NCBI GenBank assembly: GCA_035221665.1
Contig: CM069151.1
Location: forward strand, 39,680,001 to 39,744,000
Direction: 5' to 3'
DNA: 64,000 bases
From: Okamejei kenojei
Lineage: Eukaryota
Within the stretch, counting starts at the first letter, position 1; each line of letters starts with the position of its first letter. The notes under the pieces were generated by a model that ran no database searches, was not told where the DNA came from, and saw only the letters and a list, made by a program, of their open reading frames with translations. The position numbers and the translations under genes are program-made. Below, in pieces: positions 1 through 11,194 of this stretch.

Positions 1-938
1 AGGGGGGTAGTGTAAGCGGGGCACAAGGGGGGTAGTGTAAGCGGGGCACAGGGGGGTAGTGTAAGCGGGGCACAGGGGGGTAGTGTAAGCGGGGCACAAG
101 GGGGGTAGTGTAAGCGGGGCGAGGGGGGTAGTGTAAGCGGGGCACAGGGGGGTAGTGTAAGCGGGGCACAGGGGGGTAGTGTAAGCGGGGCACAAGGGGG
201 GTAGTGTAAGCGGGGCACAAGGGGGGTAGTGTAAGCGGGGCGAAGGGGGGTAGTGTAAGCGGGGCACAAGGGGGTAGTGTAAGCGGGGGCACAAGGGGGG
301 TAGTGTAAGCGGGGGCACAAGGGGGTAGTGTAAGCGGGGCACAGGGGGGTAGTGTAAGCGGGGCACAAGGGGGGTAGTGTAAGCGGGGCACAGGGGGTAG
401 TGTAAGCGGGGCACAAGGGGTAGTGTAAGCGGGGCACAGGGGGGTAGTGTAAGCGGGGACAGGGGGGTAGTGTAAGCGGGGCGAGGGGGGTAGTGTAAGC
501 GGGGCACAGGGGGTAGTGTAAGCGGGGCACAAGGGGGTAGTGTAAGCGGGGGGGGGGTGTGTTAAGCGGGGCACAAGGGGGTAGTGTAAGCGGGGCACAG
601 GGGGGTAGTGTAAGCGGGGCACAGGGGGGTAGTGTAAGCGGGGCACAGGGGGTAGTGTAGTGTAAGCGGGGCACGGGGGGTAGTGTAAGCGGGGCACAGG
701 GGGTAGTGTGTAAGCGGGGCACAAGGGGGGTAGTGTAAGCGGGGCGGGGGGTAGTGTAGGTAAGCGGGGCACAGGGGGTAGTGTAAGCGGGGCACAGGGG
801 GTAGTGTAGTGTACGGGGCACAAGTGGGCACAGGGGGTAGTGTAAGCGGGGCGAGGGGGTAGTGTAAGCGGGGCAGGGCCACGGGGCACAGGGGGTAGTG
901 TACGGGGAAATGGGGGTAGTGTAAGCGGGGCGAGGGGG
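1..938. repeat. G-rich minisatellite, ~24-25 bp unit (A)GGGGGGTAGTGTAAGCGGGGCAC(A)
   Basis: More than 30 directly visible tandem copies with variable G-run length, decaying after ~850; the array runs off the window start. Confidence 0.97.
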
Positions 939-1726
939 GGAAGAGTTGCGCGGGGAGGGCGACAAGGATTGACGAGGCAGAGATGACGGAGCAGCAAGGG
1001 GGCCAGGCGAAGGGAAGGGCGTAACGGGTTTTTTTCGCGCATCAGCCTGGTGTTCAGTCAAGGGTGTTGTTTACCAGAGTATACATTTCTCAGCAGAGTG
1101 ATGCAATTGACAAGAGGTGGAGAGACCACGGACGGGACCAATAGGATACGGGACCATAGGCTCCACCTCTTGCTTGTAATGTGCTTGTGTTTCTAAACCA
1201 ATTCATTGAAACGCGAAGAACTGCATGTGAAAGGAGAGTTTAAGAAGAGAAATAGATATCCATGTATCATTGGGGAGAGTGGAACTGAGAGAAATAATTA
1301 AAGAGGGCTTAACAAAATAATGGCAGAGAGGATGGGAAAAGGAAGTCAGGGGTAGACACTACTTTTCTGTACAAGCTGAAGTTAGAAAAATATGTTTCTG
1401 TACATCTCTGTCCCGTAGGGACTCAGTTAGACTGTGTAGATTGAGGTTGGGACATTGTGGGTTAAATTACTGTTTGTTTTCCTAGAATGTAAAAAGTATA
1501 GGGTAGAAAGAAAGGCATTGTTTGCTAGACTGACAGGACTTGGAGTTGAGGCTTTTTCTGTTTTATCTTTGTTTGGACACAGTGAGAAACATCAGCTGAT
1601 ATCCAGGGCTGTTCTTCAATTCCTGCATGTTACAGGACTGTATGTAAGAATTTAGTTCAAACTTTGACCTGTGGAGGTCATTGATACGCTTAGCAGCGTC
1701 TACACTGCCGGAATCCTATAAGAAGA

Positions 1727-1880
1727 AACATAGAAAAACATAGAAATTAGGTGCAGGAGCAGGCCATTCGGCCCTTCGAGCCTGCACCGCCATTCAATAT
1801 GATCATGGCTGATCATCCAACTCAATATCCTGTACCTGCCTTCTCTCCATACCCCCTGATCCCTTCAGCCACAAGGGCCA
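1727..1880 (-). mobile_element. CR1-type LINE 3' terminal fragment
   Basis: (GAAACATA)n tail plus 3' sequence nearly identical to the end of the CR1 at 25141-25300. Confidence 0.85.
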
Positions 1881-1894
1881 AGAAGAAGAAGAAG

Positions 1895-2790
1895 GTGGCT
1901 GATAAAAGAGACTCAAAGTGCCGGAGCAACTCGGCGAGTCGGGCGATAATTCTGGAGAACATGGACGTGTGACATTTCAGTCAGGACTCTTCTTCAGGCG
2001 GATTGACATGGGGGTAAAAGAAAGCGGGGAGAGAGGAGAAGCTGGACACAATGTGGCAGGTGATGGGGAGACTCAGGCGATGGGGGGTAGAAAAGGAGGG
2101 GTATGGGGTCGGATGGAGGCGGTGGTTTATAGGGGTTACCTAAAATTGGAGATTTAAATGTGCACACCACTGGATTGTAAGTTATCCAAACAGAATATGA
2201 GGTGCTGTCCCTTCAGTTTGTATGTGGCCTCGCTCTGATAATGGTGGAGGCCCAGGAAAGAAATGAATGGGGAGGGAGGGGTTAAAATGGTGAGCAACCG
2301 GAAGATCCAGTAGGTGATGAGATTAGAGAAGGCGCACGTGAACCACTGTCTTATTTGAAGCACTGCTGGGTGCCTGGATGCCTGGATGGAGACGAGGTTG
2401 GAGGTATGTGGATCTCCTGCGAATGTAGGCGAAAATACCTGGGAAGGGAGTGGATTGGGAGGGAAGGGATGAGTGAACCAAGGAGATGCGAAGGAAGCGG
2501 ATCTGTGGAAGGCAAAAAGAAGTGGAGATGGGAAGATGTGACTGGTGGTGGGACCATGTTGAAGGTGATGGAAATGTCGGAGAAAGACGTGTTGGATGCA
2601 GGGACTGGTGTGGTGGTTGTGAAGATCAGGGGAACTCTATCCTCGTGTTGGATGTGCAAGTGTTTTGGGGAAGAGTGGTTTAAAAATAGTCTCTGATACC
2701 TCTCTGCCCGCAAATTCTATCTCTGAAACCTCTCCCCTTTCTTGATCTCTGTCTTCATTACAGGGGACAGACTATCGACTGCCATCTATT
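1895..2790 (-). mobile_element. Decayed Penelope-like retroelement fragment (GIY-YIG C-terminal region and 3' terminus)
   Basis: Minus ORF 2154-2363 reads LGLHHYQSEATYKLKGQHLIFCLDNLQSSGVHI, like the Penelope C-terminal motif (R-LEEQHLIF-LG-L-P-G-N); adjacent to the recurrent Penelope terminal repeat. Confidence 0.65.
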
Positions 2791-2949
2791 ACAATTAGGT
2801 TAACGGGGCTCTGTGTATTGCCCCCCTTGCGTAGAGAGTGGATGAGGAAGTGGGATGAGATAGAACTGGTGTGAATGGGCGATTGATGGTCAGCAAGGAC
2901 TTGCGACAAAGGACCTGATTCCGTGCTGTATCTTTCAACGAATCAATCA

Positions 2950-3730
2950 AATAATTTGGATGATGAGTTTGATGACAGTGGCCAAGTTTGTGGATGATAC
3001 AAAGATAGGTGGAGGGGTAGGTAGTATTCAGGAAGCAGGGAGTTTGCAGCAGGATTTAGACCGGTTGGGAGAGCGGGCAAAGAAGTGGCAGATGGAATAC
3101 AGTGTAGCAAAGTGTACAGACATGCACCTTGGTAGTAGGAATGAAGGTGTAGAATATTTTCTAAATGGGGAGAGGATTCAGAAATGTGACGTTTAAATGG
3201 ACTTGGAAATGCTGGTGCACGATTCCCAAAATATTAATTTGCAAGTTAAAACGTTAATTAGGAAGGCAAATGCAATGTTAGAATTTATGTGGGGAGGACT
3301 AGATTATAAAAACATAGATGTAATGCTGAAGATTTATAAGGCACTGCTCATTTGGAATATTGTGAGCGGTTTTGGGCCTCGTATTGGAGGAGGGATGTGC
3401 TGGCATTGGAGAGGGTCCAGAGGAGGTTTACGAGAATGATCTTGGGGATGAATGGGCTAACATATGATGAGCGTTTGATGACACTGGGCCTGTACTTGCT
3501 GGAGTTTATGATGAGGGAGGGGCCTAATTGAAACTTACTGCACAGTGAAAAGCAAAGATAAGCCTGCATGGAATGGATGTGGACAGGATATTTCCACAGA
3601 TGGGGGAGTCTGGGACCAGAGGGCACAGCCTTAGAATAAAAATAGATATCTTTAGTCAGAAGGTGGTGAATCTGGAATTCATTGTTACAGGCGGCTGAAG
3701 GAGGCGGTCATTGGGTATTTTAAAGCCGAA
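2950..3730 (+). mobile_element. Old decayed CR1-type LINE RT fragment
   Basis: KFVDDTKIGG, LQQDLDRL and KKWQMEYSVAKC remnants with stops and frameshifts. Confidence 0.85.
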
Positions 3731-4380
3731 ATGGTATGTTAGCTTTCATAGCAAAAGGATTTGAGTACAGGAGCAGGGAGGTACTACTTCTGTTATACAG
3801 GGTCTTGGTGAGACCACACCTGGAGTATTGCGTACAGTTTTGGTCTCCAAATCTGAGGAAGGACATTATTGCCATAGAGGGAGTGCAGAGAAGGTTCACC
3901 AGACTGATTCCTGGGATGTCAGGACTGTCTTATGAAGAAAGACTGGATAGACTCGGTTTATACTCTCTGGAATTTAGGAGATTGAGAGGGGATCTTATAG
4001 AAACTTACAAAATTCTTAAGGGGTTGGACAGGCTAGATGCAGGAAGATTGTTCCCGATGTTGGGGAAGTCCAGGACAAGGGGTCACAGCTTAAGGATAAG
4101 GGGGAAATCCTTTAAGACCGAGATGAGAAAGACTTTTTTCACACAGAGAGTGGTGAGTCTCTGGAACTCTCTGCCACAGAGGGTTAATTGAGGCCAGTTC
4201 ATTGGCTATATTTAAGAGTGAGTTGGATGTGGCCCTTGTGGCTAAGGGGATCAGAGGGTATGGAGAGAAGGCAGGTACGGGATACTGAGTTGGATGATCA
4301 GCCATGATCATATTGAATGGCGGTGCAGGCTCGAAGGGCTGAATGGCCTACTCCTGCACCTAATTTCTATGTTTCTATGT
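3731..4380 (+). mobile_element. Young 5'-truncated CR1 LINE (ORF2 C-terminus and 3' tail)
   Basis: ORF 3736-4191 (LYRVLVRPHLEYCVQFWSP...RRLRGDLIETYKI) nearly identical to the copy at 25242; TTTCTATG tail. Confidence 0.95.
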
Positions 4381-4996
4381 TTAAATTGGCATGTTCGTTC
4401 ATGATTACTAAGGTTGTCAAAGGTTACAGGGGGAAGGTTGGATAATGGGATTAGAAAGTGATAGATCAGCCAGCATTGAGTGGCGAAGTAGACTCGATGA
4501 GCCAAATGGCCTAATTCTGCTCCTATAACATAAACTTAGGAACTTCCAAATAGTTGAACGGCGACCTTTCTACCCTTGCAGAGCGAATGAAAATTAGTAT
4601 CCAAAGTGCTTGCTTGACAATTGTTCTAGTTATTCGACTTGAAGAAGGGTCCTGACCAGAGTGTGGTCTTTCCACGTTCTCCAGAGAAGCTGCCTGAGCC
4701 GCGGAATTACTCCAGCACTTTGTATCACTTTTTGTAAACCAGTATTTTGCAGCTCCTTGTGTCTATAATGTATCCACTTGTCTTGTTACAGTCGGGGATC
4801 CTTTCATATGCGTACTGAAGTCCATCTGCCCCTCTGTACTTGCGGAGTTCTACATTTTACCGTGTATGGCCTTCTCCCTCTCTCAAAACACATCCCCTAA
4901 CATGGTGAATACAGATGAGAAACGGCCAGGTCCACGCTGATGGCTACACACTGGTCTCGATTGTGCTCCACAGAAACTGCCCGAACGGAGAACTGC

Positions 4997-7200
4997 CTCA
5001 ATGAGACCGAGCTAAGAACTTAGTGCACCGTTGTCAGGGCATGGTGCAGCGTGTGATCCGAGTGCCCGGCAAAAGGCTGCCTCGACCGTTGCACAAATTG
5101 TATATGAGACGCATTTTATGAAATGTGGCGGCTCAGGAAATTTGAAACTCGTTAGACAAGTGGGTGTGTCGCATATTTGCAGTTGCTTGCACAGTGACAT
5201 TGCTGTTTGTTTCCTGGTTTCCTTTATTCACTTTGCACCCGCTCCCGCTGTTAGCGAAAACATATCCAACGCTGGAGAGCTGGCCGCGATATTTCAATAT
5301 GCGGGGTTTTAGTGTCCGGACAACCCAAAAGGAGTGGACAAATGCGATCCAAATCATCAGTGAGTGTGTTTCGATGGACATGGCATAAAACTGATAGTTC
5401 GCTGTTGGTTTCGCATTCACGATTCAAACTTTTCGAGTTCAAGGGCGAGGAGGGTGGGAGGGAGACGGAGCAAAGATGGGAGCGGGTTAGGGGGCAATGG
5501 GCAGGAAGTGGGTGGGGGGAGGGTGGGGGATAAGGAGCGAGTGGGGAAAGAGGGACGCAATTAAACTAAATAGTAATAAGCAACAGATTCCACAGACCGG
5601 TGTTTTGCGAGGTCGCGTTGTTTACCAGAACACTTTACAAATTGCGCAACCCGCTGAGTTGCTCCAGAAGTTTGTGTATTTTGCTTTGTAAAACAGCATC
5701 TGCGGTTCCTTGTGTCAACACCCGTGCTGTTGTCGTTGGTGATTGTGGAATTTGACCTTTAGGTCTCTTTGTTCCTCAGTATTGGAAGTACAGCCATTTA
5801 CAGCATAGGGCCTCACAAAATATGGCGAATGCAAATAAACATGTTTAATCCTCTCTTGCGGCATCGGGCTCCACACACTGTTGAGTCCTGCTCTTCCCCG
5901 CCACTTTACATTGGCAGGGCAGCAAAATGTCTGCCTGTGCAAACAATGTTGTTTTCAACTGCCCGTAAACAATAAGCTACCGCAATGAGAGCGAGTTAAC
6001 AGCGAGTGCACCGTGTTCAGGGATTAGTACAGCGTATGACTCAAGTACCCGGCATTGTGATCCGCCGACCGCTGCAGACATTTGTCTATGAGTCGCATTT
6101 TATACAAAAGTTCGAGTGTTAGGCTGTTCGAAACTAGTCAGACAAGAATAGAAAGTGGCGTAAAGACAAGGAATTGCAGATGCCAGAGAAAGAGGCGCCG
6201 AGTTTTGGAGTAACTCAGCGGGTCATGCATGCAGCATCTCTGGAGAACATGGATAAACGAATCTTCTTAAGAAGGGCCCCGAAACGAAAGGTCGTCTATC
6301 TATGTTCTCCAGAGAAGCTGCCTGACCCCGGCCCTTTGTTCATTTATAACACAAATAAACAGGTGGAGTCGTCGAGCGCCTTCCGGGTTCGTCTCCGCAC
6401 AGCCCCCTGCTGCGAATGGACGATGTGGTCGAGCTGATTTAATAAGAGGATTCCCGGCTCCGGACAACCCAAAGGGACAGGATAAATGCGATCAAAATAC
6501 TTTGTGAGTTTGTGTTTGTACCATCTCGCTGTCACGCCGATAGTTCGCTGTTAGTTTCACCTTCGCATTCGCGGCCCGAACGTTTCAAGTTCAAGGGCGA
6601 GTATGGGTTGGCGAGGGAGGGGCGCAGGGCAAGGGGGGAGAAGCGGAGCATGGGGGTTTCAGGGAGAGGGTAAAGCAAGAGAGGGACGTGGACGTGAGTG
6701 GGGCAAGGGAGGGACGTAAAGGAGGTGGGGGAGGGAGAGGGAAACCAGGCAGAGAGGGGGGGCGATGGCGGGGGGGGGGGGGGGGGGGGGGGGGGGCTAA
6801 GAAGGGCGCAGGGAAGTGAAGAAGAATCGCAATGAAATTAAACAAATTCGATCCTAACTAAAAATAAAATAGAATGCAAAGGATCCCACCGCGGACCAGC
6901 CTGGGGTTCAGTGAGGTGTGACACAAAATGCTGGGGTCACTCAGCGGGACAGGTAGCATATCTGGGGAGAAGGAATGGGTGACTTTTGTGGTCGAGACAC
7001 TTCTTCAGATTGAGAGTCAGGGGAGATGGAGACTAGGGTAAAATTGTGAAAACAACAGATCAAAGCAACCAGCACTGGCTCTTCCGTGAGGCGTGTTGTT
7101 TACCAGAACATATAATGCATTTCTCGGAAAAGTGATACATTTGCCAAGAGGTGGAGCTGGTGGACGGGACCAATGGGGTACAACCACCTCCTTCCCCTCC
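4997..7200 (+). repeat. Locally duplicated CpG-rich unit (copies ~4997-5640 and ~5983-7200; third partial copy ~1040-1230)
   Basis: Shared blocks such as CAATGAGA-CGAG-TAA, CGGACAACCCAAA-GG, GATAGTTCGCTGTT-GTTTC, GTTCAAGGGCGAG followed by a G-rich tract, and GTTGTTTACCAGA in all three copies. Confidence 0.75.
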
Positions 7201-7214
7201 ACTCGGAGCGGCAG

Positions 7215-7458
7215 CAAAGATCCTATTGCGAACATCCTCGTAAAAATAAAAGTTATTTGGTAAAAAAATCTTCTCCTCATTTTCAGAATTTTAATTTATT
7301 AACACAAACTGTTCCCCCGCAACGTTGATTACACTGACAGTCGGGTCGGGTTACGGAAATGGATGAAAAAAAGCCCCACGTTCCGTTCCGTTGCTACTAC
7401 ACGTCAGCCCATTGCATTTAGCAGGAGTGGTCTATCTTGCTCCGCTATCGGACCTTTG
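7215..7458. mobile_element. hAT-like MITE
   Basis: Imperfect TIRs CAAAGATCCTATTGCG / CGCTATCGGACCTTTG; 8-bp flanking duplication AGCGGCAG / AGCGGCAC. Confidence 0.65.
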
Positions 7459-7849
7459 AGCGGCACTGTGCATATGACGCCTCCGTGTCCTTGTGTTTCA
7501 AGATCAAGTCGTTGAAACACTAGCAACTGCAGATACTGGTTTACAAAAAAAAGAGAAAGAATGATCTTGCATTAATGATCTTGACCACAAAGATAAATAC
7601 TTGATTAGTACGGGTGTCAAGGGATACGGGGAGAAGGCAGGATATTGAGGTTCGGAGGGAGAGATAGACCAGCCATGATTGAATGGTGGAGTAGACTTGA
7701 TAGCAGAATGACCTTACGGAGTAATTTAACAGATTGAGCGCATCTCTGGAGAACATGGATAACTGGTTAGTCTGAAGAAGGATGCCAACCTGAAATGTCA
7801 CCAATGCTACCTGACCCATTGAGTTACTCCAATATACCAGAATTATAGT

Positions 7850-10830
7850 AATATGGTGTGCAAATGGGCCCAACCTACCCTTGTCCCAACATGTCCTATC
7901 AAGATTTGTCTAACTTGCTTGCGTTTGTTTGGCCCATATCCCTCTAAACCGGTCCTATCCACATACCAATCTAATTGCTCCTTAAACGTTGCTATAATCC
8001 CTGCCTCTACTATCTCCTCCAGCTGCTTGTTGCTTACACCCAGCACCCTTTGCCTGAAAATGTTATCCCTCAGATTCCTATAAAATCTTTTCCCCTTCAC
8101 CTTAAAACTATGCCCTTTGATTCTCGATTCCCCCACCCTGGGCTAGAAACTCTGTGTGTCCACCTGATGTATTCCTCTCATGATTTTATACACCTCTATC
8201 AGATCACTCCTCATCATCCTGCTCTCCAGGTAATAGAGTCCCAGACTGCGCAATCTTTCCCAACAGCTCAGATTCTCGAGTCCTGGCACCATTCTTGTAA
8301 ATCTTCTCTGCACCCTTTCCAACTAAACATCTTTTCTATGGCATGGTGTCCAGGACTGAATGCAATACTCTAGAAACATAGAAACATAGAAAATAGGTGC
8401 AGGAGGAGGCCATTCGGCCGTTCGAGCCAGTACCGCCATTCATTGTGATCATGGCTGATCGTCCGCTATCAATAACCCTTGCCTGCCTTCTCCCCATATC
8501 CCTTGACTCCACTAGCCCCTAGAGCTCTATCCAACTCTCCCTTAAATCCATCCAGTGATTTGGCTTCCACTGCCCTCTGTGGCAGGGAATTCCATAAATT
8601 CACAACTCTCAGGGTAAAAATCCTGGTCTAAATGAGGTCTCACTGATATCTTATATACAATGGCTTGCAAAAGTTTTCATACCGCTTGAACTTTCCACAT
8701 TTTGTTACGTTACAACCACAAACGTAAATGTATTTTATTGGGATTTTATGTGATAGACCAACACAAAGTGGTGCATAATTGTGAAGTGGAAGGAAAATGA
8801 TACATGGTTTTCAAATTTTTTTACAAATAAAAAACTGAAAAGTGTGGCGTGCAAAAGTATTCAGCCCCCTTTACTCTGATACCCCTAAATAAAATCCAGT
8901 GCAACCAATTGCCTTCAGAAGTCACCTAATTAGTAAATAGAGTCCACTTATGTTTAATCTAATCTCAGTATAAATACAGCTGTTCTGTGACGGCCTCAGA
9001 GGTTTGTCAGAGAACATTAGTGAACAAACAGCATCATGAAGCCCAAGGAACACACCAGACAGGTCAGGGATAAAGTTGTGGAGAAGTTTAAAGCAGAGTT
9101 AGGTTATAAAAAAATATCCCAAGCTTTGAACATCTCACGGAGCATTGTTCAATCCATCATCCGAAAATGGAAAGAGTATGGCACAACTGCAAACCTACCA
9201 AGACATGGACGTCCACCTAAACTGACAGGCCGGGCAAGGAGAGCATTGAAGCAGCCAAGAAGCCCATGGTAACTCTGGAGGAGCTGCAGAGATCCACAGC
9301 TCAGGTGGGAGAATCTGTCCACAGGACAGCTATTAGTCGTACACTCCACAAATCGGACCTTTATGGAAGAGTGGCAAGAAGAAAGCCATTGTTGAAACAA
9401 AGCCATAAGAAGTCCCGTTTGCAGTTTGCCATAAGCCATGTGGTGGAAGGTGCTCTGGTCTGATGAGACCAAAATCGAAGTTTTTGTCCTAAATGCAAAA
9501 CGCTATGTGTGGCGGAAAACTAACTCTGCACATCACCCTGAACACACCATCCCCACTGTGAAACATGGTGGTGGCATCATCATGCTGTGGGGATGCTTTT
9601 CTTCAGCAGGGACAGGGAAGCTGGTCAGAGTCGATGGGAAGATGGATGGAGCCAAATACAGGGCAATCTTGGAAGAAAACCTGTTAGAGTCTGCAAATGA
9701 CTTGAGACTGGGGCGGAGGTTCACCTTCCAGCTGGACAACGACCCTAAACATACAGCCAGAACTACAATGGAATGGTTTAGATCAAGGCATGTCCTTGTG
9801 TTAGAATGGCTCAGTCAAAGTCCAGACCTAAATCCAATTGAGAATCTCTGGCAAGACTGGAAAATTGTTGTTCACAGATGCTCTCCATCCAATCTGACTG
9901 AGCTTGTGCTATTTTGCAAGATAAATGGGCAAAGAAATTCAGTCTCTAGATGTGCACAGCTGGTAGAGACATACCCTGAAAGACTTGCAGCTGTAATTGC
10001 AGCGAAAGGTGGTTCTACAAAGTATTGACTCAGGGGGGCTGAATACTTTTGCACACCACACTTTTCAGTTTTTTATTTGTAATAAAATTTGGAAACCATG
10101 TATCATTTTCCTTCCACTTCACAATTATGCACCACTTTGTGTTGGTCTATCACGTTAAATCCCAATAAAATACATTTACACTTGTGGTTGTAACGTGACA
10201 AAATGTGGAAAAGTTCAAGGGGTATGAAAACTTTTGCAAGCCACTGTAATTGCAATATGACCTCCCAGGTTCTATACTCAATACTCTGACTGATGAAGGC
10301 CAATGTGTCAAAAGCCTTTTTCACTACCTTGACGCCACTTTCAAGGAATTATGTACCTGCACTTATAGGTCCCTCTGCTCTACAACAATTCACAGAGCCT
10401 GACCATTCACCGTGTAGGTCTTACCTATATTAGACTTTCCAAAATGCAACAACTGAAATGTTTCTGTATTAAATTTCATCAACCATTCCTGAGCCCACCA
10501 GGCCAACTGGTCAAGACCCTGCTGCAATTATTGACAACCAGCTTCACTATCTGCAACACCACCCACTTTTGTATCATCTGCAAATTTGTTAATCTTGCCA
10601 TGTACATACTCATGCAAATCATTGAAATAGATACCAAATAGTAATGGGTCCAGCACCGAACCCTGAGGCACACTACTAGTCACAGACCTCCAGTCCAAGA
10701 AGCAGCCTTCCCATCACCCTCTGCTCCTTCCAAGAAGCTAGTTTTCTATCCATTCAACTATCTCTCCTTGGATCCCATGTGATATAACCTTCCAGAACAG
10801 TCTACCATGTGGTATTGACTCATGCAAGTC
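7850..10830 (-). mobile_element. Decayed CR1-type LINE, interrupted by a younger CR1 tail (8371-8620) and the Tc1 element
   Basis: Minus-strand RT remnants (GESRIKGHSFKVKG; KKAFDTLAFISQSIEYR) continue on both sides of the insertions. Confidence 0.75.
8658..10246 (+). mobile_element. Tc1/mariner DNA transposon, Passport-like, full length with frameshifted DD34E transposase (9036-10028)
   Basis: ~210-bp TIRs (CAATGGCTTGCAAAAG... / ...CTTTTGCAAGCCACTG), TA on both sides, motifs GRPPKL, WSDETK, DNDPKH and SPDLNPIENLW; ORF split into three frames. Confidence 0.97.
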
Positions 10831-11139
10831 ATTGAGTATTGACATGCACTGAAGCACATGAGATCATCGGTCTTAGGATTACAATCCACAGGTCAAGGGT
10901 CCAGTGTTAGCCCAGCCGTGTCAACAGCAGTGCCCTCTGACAATAAAAGTCCATCCTGTGACCCTGGAGGATGTGGACCGTTTATTATTTCTCAGAGCCG
11001 TCTTCTGATGAAGGCAGATGTCTGTGATGACATTTCGCATCAACTTGGTTTGTTATCCATCGCTCCCGAGGCACTGTTCCTGAAGATTTGGAGAAGATGC
11101 TCAAAAAAGTAACTTGTTCTATTTTTAATCTTCAAGGCA

Positions 11140-11194
11140 ATGGAGTGTACATTGGAAAAGATGCTGTTGTCATTGCTACTGTTCCCGAGCTTGG
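11140..11194 (+). CDS. Ig-NLR exon 1: signal peptide MECTLEKMLLSLLLFPSL
   Basis: GCAATGG Kozak context, hydrophobic core, phase-1 donor G|GTGAGT. Confidence 0.8.

Noticed and set aside
562-882. 106-aa Pro/Cys-rich ORF
   Set aside because: Translation of the minisatellite
5164-5388. Hydrophobic ORF ending near a GTGAGT donor as an extra coding exon
   Set aside because: The paralogous copy at ~6440-6500 has a stop in the same frame, and the Ig-NLR already has a good signal-peptide exon
6553-6564. ISRE-like AGTTTCACCTTC
   Set aside because: It mismatches the consensus, is not preserved in the paralogous copy, and is short enough to occur by chance
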